From Caldimicrobium thiodismutans (GTDB lineage Bacteria > Desulfobacterota > Thermodesulfobacteria > Thermodesulfobacteriales > Thermodesulfobacteriaceae), in assembly GCF_001548275.1 (NCBI RefSeq), contig NZ_AP014945.1, positions 1,170,001-1,202,000 of the forward strand: DNA of 32,000 nt, in the 5' to 3' direction. A program made the position numbers and the translations under genes. This document shows, one piece after another, positions 17,602 to 25,603 of the stretch; position 1 is the first letter of the stretch, and every line of letters begins with the position of its first letter. Below the pieces are notes generated by a model. That model was not told the origin of the DNA and did no database searches. It saw only the letters and a list, made by a program, of their open reading frames with translations.

Positions 17602-17915
17602 ATTTTGGCCTTTCCAAGGAAAAACTCTCAAAGATAATCAAGGTCTTCTCCAGGTATCCTGAAATTGAAAGGGCCATCCTTTATGGTTCAAGAGCCAAGG
17701 GCACCCATCAAAAGGGCTCAGATATAGACATAGCCATCATAGCCCCTAAAATGGATTTTTCCAGATACTTAAAACTTCTTTCTGAACTTGAAGAACTTGA
17801 CCTTCTTGAAAAAATTGATTTAACCAAATACGAACTCCTTGCCCCAGATCTCAAAGCCCATATTGAAAGAGTAGGAAAAGTTATTTACCCTCAAAACCCA
17901 TCAACTTGTGATTAA
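17598..17915 (+). CDS. Minimal nucleotidyltransferase (MNT) partner of the HEPN protein
   Basis: GSRAKGTHQKGSDIDIAI (G-S...D-x-D pol-beta-type motif). ATGA overlap with the HEPN gene. Confidence 0.85.
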   Translation: MNFGLSKEKLSKIIKVFSRYPEIERAILYGSRAKGTHQKGSDIDIAIIAPKMDFSRYLKLLSELEELDLLEKIDLTKYELLAPDLKAHIERVGKVIYPQNPSTCD

Positions 17916-17927
17916 ACCCATCAAAAT

Positions 17928-18016
17928 AGTTCTTTCATAGAACTTTTATTTTAATTTTTAGTTCTGAAACAGAACTAAATCTTGAAAAATTTTTGAAAAA
18001 GTTCTATAATAGAACT
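17928..18016. promoter_or_regulatory. Array of three AGTTCT-N5-AGAACT palindromic operator-like sites overlapping promoter TTGAAA(17982-17987)-N17-TATAAT(18005-18010)
   Basis: Perfect palindromes at 17928-17944, 17960-17976 (arms extend to 7 bp, 17959-17977) and 18000-18016. The last ends 1 nt before ATG 18017. Confidence 0.7.
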
Positions 18017-19177
18017 ATGAATCTAGAAAAGCTTATTTCCCATTTAGAGGAAACTCATGCTAAGCTCAAGCTATCTCTTCCCCATAGATTGCGCCCTTAT
18101 TATAAAAATCTTAATCTTGAAAATATAAGAGGAGCCCTTATCTACGGTCAAAGAGGTGTAGGTAAAACTACATTTCTTCTTTCTATTTCCCGAGAAAAGC
18201 CTTTCCTATATTTTTCTGCGGATCATCCTTTTTTATTAACTTTTCCCCTTTATGAAGTTGTGCAAAAGATCTTTTCCCATGGATATGAAGGAGTTATTAT
18301 TGATGAAGTTCACTATGCCAAGGACTGGAGTTTACATCTTAAGGCTTTATATGATGACTATCCCCATCACTATATTTGGGCAAGTGGTAGCAGTAGTCTT
18401 CTTTTAAAAATGGGGGTTGCTGACCTTTCAAGAAGATTTGTTCAGACAAGGCTACCTCTTCTTTCTTTTAGAGATTACATCTATCTAACCTCTGAGATTT
18501 TTGTTCCCCCTGTTGAGTTTTTTAATTTCCAAAAAGATCATTTAGAACTTGTGAGAAAAGTAAATATTTTAAAGTTTTTCAGAGAATATATTTCTTCTGG
18601 GACAAGGCCTATTTTTGTTGAAGGTGAATATTGCAAACGCATTCAGGGAATTATTGAAAAGAGTATTTTTTACGATATTCCCTCTCTTATGCCTCAGCTT
18701 CAAAGTAATTATCTAAGACTTATGTATGCAGTTTTTGGGTATTTAATTGGCTCACCAGTTCCTACTATTAATATTACCAAGCTTTGCAATAGCTGGCATA
18801 TTGGAAAAGAAAAGCTCTACCATCTTTTAAGCCTTTTAGAGGCTCTTGAACTTTTTAAAATAGTAAGAAAAAAAGGCGATAAAAGTGTTTTATCTAAGGG
18901 AGCTAAAATGTTTATTAATGACCCCTCGGTATATCACTGTTACAGAGGAGAGCCTGGATCTGCCCGGGAGGCCTTTGTGGTATATAGTCTCTCTGAAAAA
19001 TATGAAGTCTTTGCAAGCTCGAAGGAAGGTGAGTATGACTATATGGTAAATAATATAAAACTTGAGGTAGGAGGAAGAAAAAAAGAACACAAAGGAGCAG
19101 ACTTTGTGATCTCAGATGACCTTGAAATTCCAGTTAAAAATAGGATTCCTCTGTGGCTTCTTGGAATGCTTTGGTGA
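18017..19177 (+). CDS. Orphan AAA ATPase of COG1373-like architecture (P-loop, winged-helix-like segment, C-terminal nuclease-like tail); the ORF track starts at TTG 17993 but ATG 18017 fits the promoter
   Basis: Walker A GQRGVGKTT and Walker B GVIIDEVHY. The C-terminus has EYDYMV...IKLEVGGRKK (D...E-x-K-like). Confidence 0.7.
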   Translation: MNLEKLISHLEETHAKLKLSLPHRLRPYYKNLNLENIRGALIYGQRGVGKTTFLLSISREKPFLYFSADHPFLLTFPLYEVVQKIFSHGYEGVIIDEVHYAKDWSLHLKALYDDYPHHYIWASGSSSLLLKMGVADLSRRFVQTRLPLLSFRDYIYLTSEIFVPPVEFFNFQKDHLELVRKVNILKFFREYISSGTRPIFVEGEYCKRIQGIIEKSIFYDIPSLMPQLQSNYLRLMYAVFGYLIGSPVPTINITKLCNSWHIGKEKLYHLLSLLEALELFKIVRKKGDKSVLSKGAKMFINDPSVYHCYRGEPGSAREAFVVYSLSEKYEVFASSKEGEYDYMVNNIKLEVGGRKKEHKGADFVISDDLEIPVKNRIPLWLLGMLW

Positions 19178-19335
19178 GGTATTAAATCTTTCTTTTGAAA
19201 AGATTGGCTCTTTATTATCGTGAAACTTCTGAACCCCCCTCCTTAGGATCCTAAAAAAGATTAATTCTTATGAAGAAAACTAACGGCCTGGAACAGATAC
19301 ACTGGACTATTCCTGCATTGATGATAAAATGTATA

Positions 19336-20634
19336 TTAATTTACTGATTTTTTAAGTAACCACTTATATGCGGGAACTACTGTAAAAGTATACCCGTTAA
19401 CATTTAGAACATCTTCTTCATCAAAAGTTATAATTAATCCTTTTTTAAAATTAAATCTTCTACAGCACTCAACAAGCCCCTTTATCTCTCTCTTTTTTAC
19501 TGCAGGATCACTGAAGTCAAAACAAACCTGTATGGGAAAGCTGTCTTCTAATATAAAATCACACTCTTTCTTTTCTTTATGAAAAAATAAGTTCTTACTT
19601 TTTCTATAGAGTTCTCTAAAAATTAAATTTTCAAGAAGGATCCCATAATCCTGCCCTTCAAAGACATTTATTGCTATTAAAATCCCATTATCAATAAAAT
19701 AAGCCTTTCTATCTGAAAATTCAGAGCGAAGCACTGAATGACTTTTCTTTTTTATCTTTCTTATAAGAAAAGCATTCTCAAGATACTCAAGAAACTCATA
19801 AAGAATATTTTTACCTACCTTTAAACCATGAGATTTAATTTCGTTATAGATTTTATTTATTGAAAGTGATTTTGAAACTGTTTCTGCTACCCGCTTTATG
19901 AAATACTTAAGCACAAATGTATCTTTGATACTGTATCTTTCAATCAAATCTCTATATATCATAACATCAAAATATTCCTGAAGAATTCTCATTTTTATAC
20001 TTTCAGGTTGAAAAATTATCTCTGGAAATCCTCCCCAAAGCATATACTCTTTAAATAAATTTATAACTTTTGCCTTGATCTTAGAATCATAAAAATCTTG
20101 AGGTAAAGTTATTTTAAATTTTTTAAAACTTAAAAACTCCTTAAAAGACAGAGGTAATATTTTATACTTTAATGTTCTTCCTCTTAAAGAGGTAGCAATT
20201 TCATCACCAAGCATTTTTGAATTCGAGCCTGTGATAAATATATTTTTTGTAATGCTATCATATATCCGCCGTATAAATTTTTCCCATCCATTAACATTCT
20301 GAATTTCATCAAAAAAGAAAAAGGCTTTTGAGAGGTCTATTTCTGGATACAATTCTCTATATGCCTGAAGGATTAAGTCTAATTCCTCTGTTGTCAGATC
20401 AAGACGCTCGTCTTCAAAATTTATATATAAGATGTTTTCTTTATTTGATGTCGATTCAACGATTGTGCTAATTAGTTGATAAAGAAAATAAGTTTTTCCG
20501 CTTCGCCTCGGTCCAATTATTGAAATAATCTTTCCTGAGGCAATTGGAACTTCTACATCTCTTTTCACCAGAGAGGGTATCTCACTTGCGTGAAATTCTC
20601 TGATAATAGTTTTAAGGATTTCTTTCTTTTTCAT
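19336..20634 (-). CDS. Orphan AAA ATPase, COG1373 type (AAA_14 plus DUF4143-like)
   Basis: Walker A GPRRSGKTY, Walker B FFFFDEIQNVNGW, central wHTH-like region, and C-terminal ECDFIL...IQVCF. Confidence 0.75.
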   Translation of the reverse strand: MKKKEILKTIIREFHASEIPSLVKRDVEVPIASGKIISIIGPRRSGKTYFLYQLISTIVESTSNKENILYINFEDERLDLTTEELDLILQAYRELYPEIDLSKAFFFFDEIQNVNGWEKFIRRIYDSITKNIFITGSNSKMLGDEIATSLRGRTLKYKILPLSFKEFLSFKKFKITLPQDFYDSKIKAKVINLFKEYMLWGGFPEIIFQPESIKMRILQEYFDVMIYRDLIERYSIKDTFVLKYFIKRVAETVSKSLSINKIYNEIKSHGLKVGKNILYEFLEYLENAFLIRKIKKKSHSVLRSEFSDRKAYFIDNGILIAINVFEGQDYGILLENLIFRELYRKSKNLFFHKEKKECDFILEDSFPIQVCFDFSDPAVKKREIKGLVECCRRFNFKKGLIITFDEEDVLNVNGYTFTVVPAYKWLLKKSVN

Positions 20635-20640
20635 AAAGAA

Positions 20641-20669
20641 ATTTTAACATAAAATTTTCTCTCTTACAA
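20641..20669 (-). promoter_or_regulatory. Promoter TTGTAA-N17-TAAAAT ending 6 nt before ATG 20634 (leaderless-type, minus strand)
   Basis: Reverse complement of 20664-20669 is TTGTAA. A 17-nt spacer follows. Reverse complement of 20641-20646 is TAAAAT. Six nt separate it from the ATG, with no SD. Confidence 0.5.
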
Positions 20670-20671
20670 GG

Positions 20672-20926
20672 AAATATATGACTCCAGGTCTTTTGAGACT
20701 TAAATAGTAAGGGTTTAAAATTTAATACCCCTTGAATTTTTTTGTGGGTCTGTTGTAGCACAGACATTCTTGTATGTGTTTCTTTCATACCTTGAAGTGT
20801 AATTTACCTCCACAGGCAAGATTGCCTGTGTTACTTTTACAGACTTGTAAAGCCTCCCTTGTATAGATATCTAATTCCTCTTTTTACCACCCTTCCTTTT
20901 TTCTTGTAAGGATCTGAACTTATGCA
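20672..20926 (-). mobile_element. IS-derived miniature element E4: L-end, hairpin-rich core, R-end; about 90 percent identical to E2 over the shared roughly 225 bp
   Basis: TATGACTCCAGGTCTTTTGAGACT L-end. Hairpins at 20748-20765 and 20811-20830 (CACAGGCA-AGAT-TGCCTGTG identical to E2). R-end GGATCTGAACTTATGCA ends at 20926. An L-end-like piece follows at 20927-20955. Confidence 0.7.
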
Positions 20927-20953
20927 GGAAATAATATGTCAATATCTTTTGAA

Positions 20954-21012
20954 CCTCCCCTCTCCCCTCGCCTCTCGTCTCTCACCTCTCACCTTTCACC
21001 CCCTCCCCTCTC
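20954..21012. repeat. Pyrimidine-rich (CT) low-complexity tract, about 59 bp
   Basis: CCTCCCCTCTCCCCTCGCCTCTCGTCTCTCACCTCTCACCTTTCACCCCCTCCCCTCTC. Nearly all C/T on the plus strand. Confidence 0.8.
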
Positions 21013-21161
21013 ATATACTTATCCTCAAATCTTACAATATCATCTTCCTCCAGGTATTCACCCACTTGAACCTCTATAATCTCTAAGGGGATCTTTCCTG
21101 GGTTAAGAAGTCTATGCTTTGTTGTCTTTGGAACAAAGATGCTTAAAATTTTATAAAAAAA

Positions 21162-22346
21162 TTACAAAATCTTTTTAATTAAACTTAAATACTTTTCTAT
21201 GACTATCTCCTCACTAAACCTCTCCTCAACAAGCCTTTTTCCTTCTTTTCCCATTTTTAATCTCTCTTCTTGAGAAAGCTCAAGCATTTCAAGCATAGCT
21301 CTATAAAGACTCTCAATATCTTTTGGTTTAACAAGAAAACCATTTACACCATTCAAACAAACTTCTCTACATCCTGGAGCATCGGTTGTAATAACCGTTT
21401 TCCCCATAGCCATAGCCTCAAGAAGACTTTTTGGCAATCCTTCTCTATAAGAAGGCAAAACCATACAATCACAATTACACAAAAAGAGTCTTACATCCCT
21501 GGCAAAAGGTAAAACTTGAATAAAGGGAAGTTTCTCAATTTTTTCAAGTTCATCATTTGATATAGATTCAGGATTTCCTTTATCCAATCCGCCGAGAAGC
21601 CAGATTTCAAAATCTTTTCTTTTCTGATATAGAAGCTTTCCTGCGGAAACAAGTTCAAGAATTCCTTTATCTCTGAGAAACCTTCCCACAAAAAGAAAGA
21701 TAAATCTATCTTTTTCTGTCTCCTTACACTGAGAAGGTGAAAAATACTCTGTGTTTACTCCAGATCCGAGAATTTCAGCTACCTTATTTTCTGGAATAAC
21801 TCCTTTTAACTCTTTTCTGTCCTCTGTATTTTGAAAAACTACAAAATTACTTCCTCTGAAAGAAAGCCAATACAAAAATTTTACCAATTTAGCCAAAGCT
21901 CCTCCCCTCACAAAGACATAACCAAGCCCTGTTACCACATTGATATAGGGGATTCCGAGAATTTTTCCGGCAAGCCCCCCATAAATATTGGGTTTAATAG
22001 TGTAATTTATCACAAGATCTGGCTTTATTTTTTTAAACAGCCGAATATATTCCCATAGGAGTTTTAAGTCATTAAAAGGGTTCTTACCCTTCCGAGAAAG
22101 ATTTTTAACCTCAAAATATTTAAACCCTTCCTTCAAAAGCTCATCTGTATACTCATCTTTTGGAGCAATTGCTATCACTTCGTATCCGAGATTTTTAAGT
22201 CTTCTCATTAGTCCAAGGCGGAAGTTGTAAAGGGAGAAAGAGGTGTTGGATGAGAAAACAATTTTAAGCCTTTCAACTTTATCTCCCCCTACCATTAGAC
22301 CATGTCCCATTTCATAGCCATCTTTCTTTCCAAAGTTCAAAAACAA
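21162..22346 (-). CDS. GT4-family (GT-B fold) glycosyltransferase; probable start ATG 22310, one nt after the asnB-like stop
   Basis: C-terminal EGLPKSLLEAMAMGKTVITTD (E-x7-E region). The N-terminal Rossmann-like IVFSSNTSFSLYNFRLGL is typical of polysaccharide-cluster GT4 enzymes. Confidence 0.8.
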   Translation of the reverse strand: MFLNFGKKDGYEMGHGLMVGGDKVERLKIVFSSNTSFSLYNFRLGLMRRLKNLGYEVIAIAPKDEYTDELLKEGFKYFEVKNLSRKGKNPFNDLKLLWEYIRLFKKIKPDLVINYTIKPNIYGGLAGKILGIPYINVVTGLGYVFVRGGALAKLVKFLYWLSFRGSNFVVFQNTEDRKELKGVIPENKVAEILGSGVNTEYFSPSQCKETEKDRFIFLFVGRFLRDKGILELVSAGKLLYQKRKDFEIWLLGGLDKGNPESISNDELEKIEKLPFIQVLPFARDVRLFLCNCDCMVLPSYREGLPKSLLEAMAMGKTVITTDAPGCREVCLNGVNGFLVKPKDIESLYRAMLEMLELSQEERLKMGKEGKRLVEERFSEEIVIEKYLSLIKKIL

Positions 22347-24219
22347 ACAAAAGCCAAAGCTTATTATGATTTATTCCTTTTTCCTCAAAATATCCCTTTA
22401 GCAACCTCTCAACCTCCAAAGGATTTAAAATCCCCTCTTTTTTTATTCTATCGGGATTTAAATATTCCAAATAAAGACTTTTAAGCTCTGTCTTAAACCA
22501 CTCATAAACGGGAACCCCAAACCCCATCTTTGGTCTTTCAATAAACTCTTTGGGAACATATTTGTAAAGCACTTTCCTCAATAGGTATTTACTCTTGCCA
22601 TTCCTGTATTTATACTCCACAGGAAGCCTTAAAGTGAATTCAATTATCTTGTGGTCAAGCAATGGCTCTCTTCCTTCAAGGGCAACAGCCATGGTAGCCC
22701 TATCAACCTTAACAAGTATATCATCGGGAAGATAGGTCTTAAGGTCGTAATACATCATGTAAGTTAAGTCATCAACAGGGACATTATCAAGGCAAAAGGT
22801 CTGAGTTTCAAGAAAAGAACTAAGACCAAGGTTTGAAAGGTCCTCTTCAAGAAAATATTTATTGGACACATCATATTGGCTCTTTATATCCCTGTGCTTT
22901 AAAACATTTCTGAGTTTTATGTATTTATCCCTGAAATTAGTCCACTTTGGAAGCATAAAGGAAAACCTTTTATAAACTCTTAAAGCAAGGTCTGGACTGA
23001 TTAAGTTTAATGCAAAGGCAAAGGCAGAAAGAAAAGGGATTTTATTAAGTTTTTTTATTCTTCCGCCAACTATTCTATACTGGGTATATCCACAAAATTG
23101 CTCATCTCCTCCATCTGCAGAGAGAGAAACCTTGACCTGAGATTTGGCAAGCTTTGAGACAAGATAGGTGGGTATGGCAGAAGAATCTCCAAAAGGCTCA
23201 TCGTAAATTTCAGGAAGGTTTGGAATTATCTCGTAGGCTTCCTTTGGAGTGCAGTATAGCTCTGTGTGGTCTGTGCTAAGATAGTTGGCTATTCTTCTGG
23301 CATACTCTGCCTCGTTGTAATCTTTCTCATAAAAGCCTATGGTGAAGGTCTTTAAAGGCTTCGTGCTTTCCTTTTGCAAAAGGGCGCAGACTGTAGAGCT
23401 ATCTAATCCACCACTAAGGAAAAGACCAACAGGCACATCGGAAACAAGCCTTAGTTTAAAACTTTCCGTGAGAATACTCTCAAGCTCTTTCGCAAGCTCT
23501 TCCTCTGTGCCTTTTAGCTTTTCCTCTTTTAAATAATCCTCAACCTTCCAATAGGCAAACTTTAAGAGCTTGCCCTTATCATCAACTATCAGAAAGTGCC
23601 CAGGCTCAAGCTTGTAGGTGTCTTCAAATATGCTATATGGGGAAGTAATATAGCCATATTGAAGAAACAAAGAAAGGGCTAAGGGACTTAACTCTTTTTT
23701 AAACTTTGGGTGTTTATGAAAGGCTTTAAGCTCAGAAGCAAACATAAAAAGACCATTTTTATTGTAATAATAAAGAGGTTTTACCCCAATCCTGTCTCTA
23801 CAAAGTATAAGTTTTTTCTCTTTTTTATCCCAGAGGGCAAAGGCAAACATACCCCTAAAACGATGCACCGCTTCAAAACTCCATCTATGAAAAGCTTTAA
23901 GTATTACTTCAGTGTCTGAGTTGGAGAAAAATTTATAGCCCTCTTTTTCAAGCTCCTGCCTTATTTCTCTAAAGTTATAAACTTCCCCATTGTAAGTAAT
24001 CACAAAATTTTCAAATTCCATAGGCTGGTGTCCTGCGGGAGAGAGGTCAAGAATGGAGAGCCTTCTGTGGGTAAGGGCAAGCCCATAGGAAGGTTCAAGA
24101 TATACCCCTGCATCATCGGGACCACCATAGGCAAGAGAGTCCCGCATGCTTATGGCAACTTCTTCTAAAGAGTATTCACCCTTATAATTAAAGTCCCAAA
24201 ATCCTGCTATTCGGCACAT
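22312..24219 (-). CDS. Glutamine-hydrolysing asparagine synthase family amidotransferase (AsnB/WbpS-like); start set so that Cys follows Met
   Basis: MCRIAG N-terminal nucleophile Cys. SGGLDSS PP-loop ATP pyrophosphatase motif. The ORF-track start at 24225 would bury the nucleophile. Confidence 0.85.
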   Translation of the reverse strand: MCRIAGFWDFNYKGEYSLEEVAISMRDSLAYGGPDDAGVYLEPSYGLALTHRRLSILDLSPAGHQPMEFENFVITYNGEVYNFREIRQELEKEGYKFFSNSDTEVILKAFHRWSFEAVHRFRGMFAFALWDKKEKKLILCRDRIGVKPLYYYNKNGLFMFASELKAFHKHPKFKKELSPLALSLFLQYGYITSPYSIFEDTYKLEPGHFLIVDDKGKLLKFAYWKVEDYLKEEKLKGTEEELAKELESILTESFKLRLVSDVPVGLFLSGGLDSSTVCALLQKESTKPLKTFTIGFYEKDYNEAEYARRIANYLSTDHTELYCTPKEAYEIIPNLPEIYDEPFGDSSAIPTYLVSKLAKSQVKVSLSADGGDEQFCGYTQYRIVGGRIKKLNKIPFLSAFAFALNLISPDLALRVYKRFSFMLPKWTNFRDKYIKLRNVLKHRDIKSQYDVSNKYFLEEDLSNLGLSSFLETQTFCLDNVPVDDLTYMMYYDLKTYLPDDILVKVDRATMAVALEGREPLLDHKIIEFTLRLPVEYKYRNGKSKYLLRKVLYKYVPKEFIERPKMGFGVPVYEWFKTELKSLYLEYLNPDRIKKEGILNPLEVERLLKGYFEEKGINHNKLWLLFVFELWKERWL

Positions 24220-24295
24220 TTTCAAAGCTTCCTAAATTACGAATTCGTTACACCCAGTATTTGCAGATCTTAAGCTTCAGAAAAAAACAACTTTT

Positions 24296-25603
24296 TTATA
24301 ACCTCCAATATATAAACCCTTTACTTAAAGCTTCTTCCTTATCAAAAACTCCCTTTATATCAAATAAAATAGGTGGGTTACTACTTAAAGACAATAATGT
24401 TTCCAGATTAAAAAAGTCTAAAAATATTTTATGTCTAACAGCTAAAATTATAGCATCATAAGGAGCAAATACCTTATAATCCTCAATAAGCTCTATTCCG
24501 TATTCTGCCTTAACCTCTTCTTTTCTTGCAAGAGGGTCATATGCAAAAACTGAAATGCCATAATCAGTAAGCTCCTTTATCATATCTACAACTTTGCTAT
24601 TCCTAACATCTGGAACATTCTCTTTAAAGGTTATTCCAAGAACAAGCACTTTGGCATCTTTAACCTGCTTCCCTGCTTTTATTAATTGTTTCACCACCTG
24701 ATGGGAAATATATATCGTCATATACTCATTAATTGATCTTCCTGCAAGAATAAGCTCTGGAACATAGCCCAACTCCAAGGATTTGTAAGCAAGATAATAA
24801 GGATCAACAGGAATACAATGTCCTCCAACTAAGCCTGGTTCAAATCTAAGAAAATTCCACTTTGTGGAGGCTGTCTCTAAAACCTCCTTAGTGTCTAAGC
24901 CGAGCTTGTGAAAAATTAAAGCAAATTCATTCATCAAAGCGATGTTTAGGTCCCTTTGAATATTTTCAATAACCTTCGCCGCTTCAGCAGTCTTTATATC
25001 CCTTGCTCTAAAAACCTTTGTTATACTCCCATAAATCCTTTCAAGGAGTTCAGCTGTCTTTTCTGTATCTCCTGCAACAACTTTCACAATCTTATCAATA
25101 GTGTGCTCTTTATCTCCTGGATTAACTCTTTCAGGTGAATATCCCACAAAAAAATCCTTTTTCCATTTTAAACCGCTTGCCTGTTCTAAGATAGGAATAC
25201 AGACTTCTTCCGTAGTTCCAGGATAAACTGTTGACTCATAAACTACAACACTCCCAGGTGTAAGATTTTCTCCAACAAGCTTAGAAGCTGATTTCAAAAA
25301 AGACAAATCAGGATTTTTAAGTTTATCTACAGGGGTTGGAACTGCAATAATAATTACTCTACATTCTTTTAATACCGAAGCATCTGAAGATAATTCTAAT
25401 TTACATTTACTCAGAACCTCTTTAGTAATTTCCCCTGTTGAATCTATCCCTGATTTTAATTCTTCAATGCGCTTTGTATTTATATCAAACCCAACTACTT
25501 TGAAAGACTTGGAAAGATAAAAAGCAAGAGGAAGCCCTACATATCCGAGCCCAACTACACAAATTTTCTCTTTCCCTGCTTTTAAGTCGTCAAAATTAAT
25601 CAT
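24296..25603 (-). CDS. Nucleotide-sugar 6-dehydrogenase (TviB/WbpO/VipA-like UDP-N-acetylhexosamine dehydrogenase family)
   Basis: NAD motif VVGLGYVGLPLA, catalytic Cys context GGHCIPVDP, and GIDSTGE region. Confidence 0.85.
   Translation of the reverse strand: MINFDDLKAGKEKICVVGLGYVGLPLAFYLSKSFKVVGFDINTKRIEELKSGIDSTGEITKEVLSKCKLELSSDASVLKECRVIIIAVPTPVDKLKNPDLSFLKSASKLVGENLTPGSVVVYESTVYPGTTEEVCIPILEQASGLKWKKDFFVGYSPERVNPGDKEHTIDKIVKVVAGDTEKTAELLERIYGSITKVFRARDIKTAEAAKVIENIQRDLNIALMNEFALIFHKLGLDTKEVLETASTKWNFLRFEPGLVGGHCIPVDPYYLAYKSLELGYVPELILAGRSINEYMTIYISHQVVKQLIKAGKQVKDAKVLVLGITFKENVPDVRNSKVVDMIKELTDYGISVFAYDPLARKEEVKAEYGIELIEDYKVFAPYDAIILAVRHKIFLDFFNLETLLSLSSNPPILFDIKGVFDKEEALSKGFIYWRL

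Noticed and set aside
19178-19335. Bidirectional terminator between the convergent ATPase genes
   Set aside because: Only a weak AT-rich imperfect hairpin (AATCTTTC-TTTT-GAAAAGATT, near 19188-19210) is present, without a flanking T-tract. That is not sufficient to call.
24225-24277. Polylinker-like cluster of 6-bp palindromes (AAGCTT, GAATTC, AGATCT, CTTAAG, AAGCTT) in the 70-bp spacer between the dehydrogenase and asnB-like genes
   Set aside because: This is more than expected by chance, but there is no vector-like flanking sequence, no larger inverted or direct repeat apart from AAGCTTC occurring twice, and the flanking genes are intact. I treat it as an AT-rich intergenic coincidence or possibly an internal regulatory site. 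It is not evidence of engineering.
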